Shown here: positions 63,141-64,000 of the stretch, piece by piece | Position numbering within the stretch: position 1 is the first letter of the stretch | How the letters are laid out: the number at the start of each line of letters is the position of its first letter | Assembly: GCF_000315625.1 (NCBI RefSeq) | Contig: NW_005434653.1 | Span: 785,343 to 849,342, forward strand | Origin: Guillardia theta CCMP2712 | Lineage: Eukaryota > Protista > Cryptophyta | Length of the DNA stretch: 64,000 nt | Direction: 5' to 3' | Program-made: the position numbers and the translations under genes | Notes under the pieces: model-generated | Seen by the model: only the letters and a program-made list of their open reading frames with translations | The model's database searches: none | Told to the model about the DNA's origin: nothing

Positions 63141-63612
63141 ACCGGGCCCGTTGACAGAGGCACCGGGCCCGTTGACAGAGGCACCGGGCCCGGCGTTGAC
63201 AGAGGCACCGGGCCCGTTGACAGAGGCACCGGGCCCGTTGACAGAGGCACCGGGCCCGTTGACAGAGGCACCGGGCCCGTTGACAGAGGCACCCCGGGCC
63301 CGTTGACAGAGGCACCGGGCCCGTTGACAGAGGCACCGGGCCCGTTGACAGAGGCACCCCGGGCCCGTTGACAGAGGCACCGGGCCCGTTGACAGAGGCA
63401 CCGGGCCCGTTGACAGAGGCACCGGGCCCGTTGACAGAGGCACCGGGCCCGTTGACAGAGGCACCGGGCCCGTTGACAGAGGCACCGGGCCCGTTGACAG
63501 AGGCACCGGGCCCGTTGACAGAGGCACCGGGCCCGTTGACAGAGGCAGACCGGGCCCGTTGACAGAGGCACCGGGCCCGTTGACAGAGGCACCGGGCCCG
63601 TTGACAGAGGCA
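63141..63612 (+). repeat. 21-bp tandem array GTTGACAGAGGCACCGGGCCC, ~22 copies
   Basis: Direct inspection; forms the 5' end of element copy C. Confidence 0.95.
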
Positions 63613-64000
63613 TGCTGCTCTGTGGCGCGTAGGGAGAGCGCAAGGGCACCGGAGGAAGCTGCGAGCAAGAGGTTCGTATCGTTCAAACAGCTTTCTAAGC
63701 ATGGTACTACAGTATGATGAGAGCGTTCGCAACCTGCTGTATCGGAGATCATGCCAATACACGCAGGGTGAGCGCTCTGGAGGCCACGTCGAGGAGGCCG
63801 ACCTCGTCGAGAGAGTGAAGAGCTTCACCAAGCGTTATCCGAATAGTCGGACAGCTCATGCTTGCAGAGCTGAGGGGGGATGCACTCCCGACGCTATCGC
63901 AGAAGCCATCCGCTCGACATGTCGGCAGGCGAGACGCGACCTTTTTGAAGACTCTCTGAGCGCATGGAGCCCAGAGTCGAAAGCATGGTTCCCAGCGCCA
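63141..64000 (+). mobile_element. Telomere-associated element, copy C (continues beyond window)
   Basis: Colinear with copy B; frame from ATG 63701 (MVLQYDESVRNLLYRR..PDAIAEAIRSTCRQARRDLFEDSL..) is open to the window end. Confidence 0.75.

Overview
Eukaryotic nuclear DNA with compact genes, short (~45-55 nt) GT-AG and occasional GC-AG introns, and scaffold gaps. It is probably a secondary-plastid alga such as a cryptophyte (inferred from signal peptide + Phe presequences, an RWP-RK factor and TTTAGGG repeats). Positions 1-51.3 kb hold ordinary genes: duplicated PAN/apple protein, NYN protein, CitE-like lyase, PDZ, CIA30, RPA34-like, SMIM13-like, RCC1, Sfi1-repeat, SPRY, delta-tubulin, MsrA, Cys-rich and RWP-RK. 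From ~52.5 kb the window looks subtelomeric. Three head-to-tail copies of an unrecognised element are delimited by TTTAGGG tracts; the fullest copy has a 5' 20-bp tandem array, one ~2.1 kb ORF1-like frame, no visible RT, AATAAA and a (CTA)6 tail. Between copies 1 and 2 lies an apparently intact Crinkler/RHS-type NTPase + restriction-endonuclease-fold gene bracketed by ~950-bp inverted repeats. A local tandem duplication also shows that the GC-rich motif islands upstream of genes differ by many short indels while their flanks stay near-identical. Exon boundaries were read by eye and family calls rest on motif recognition, not database searches.
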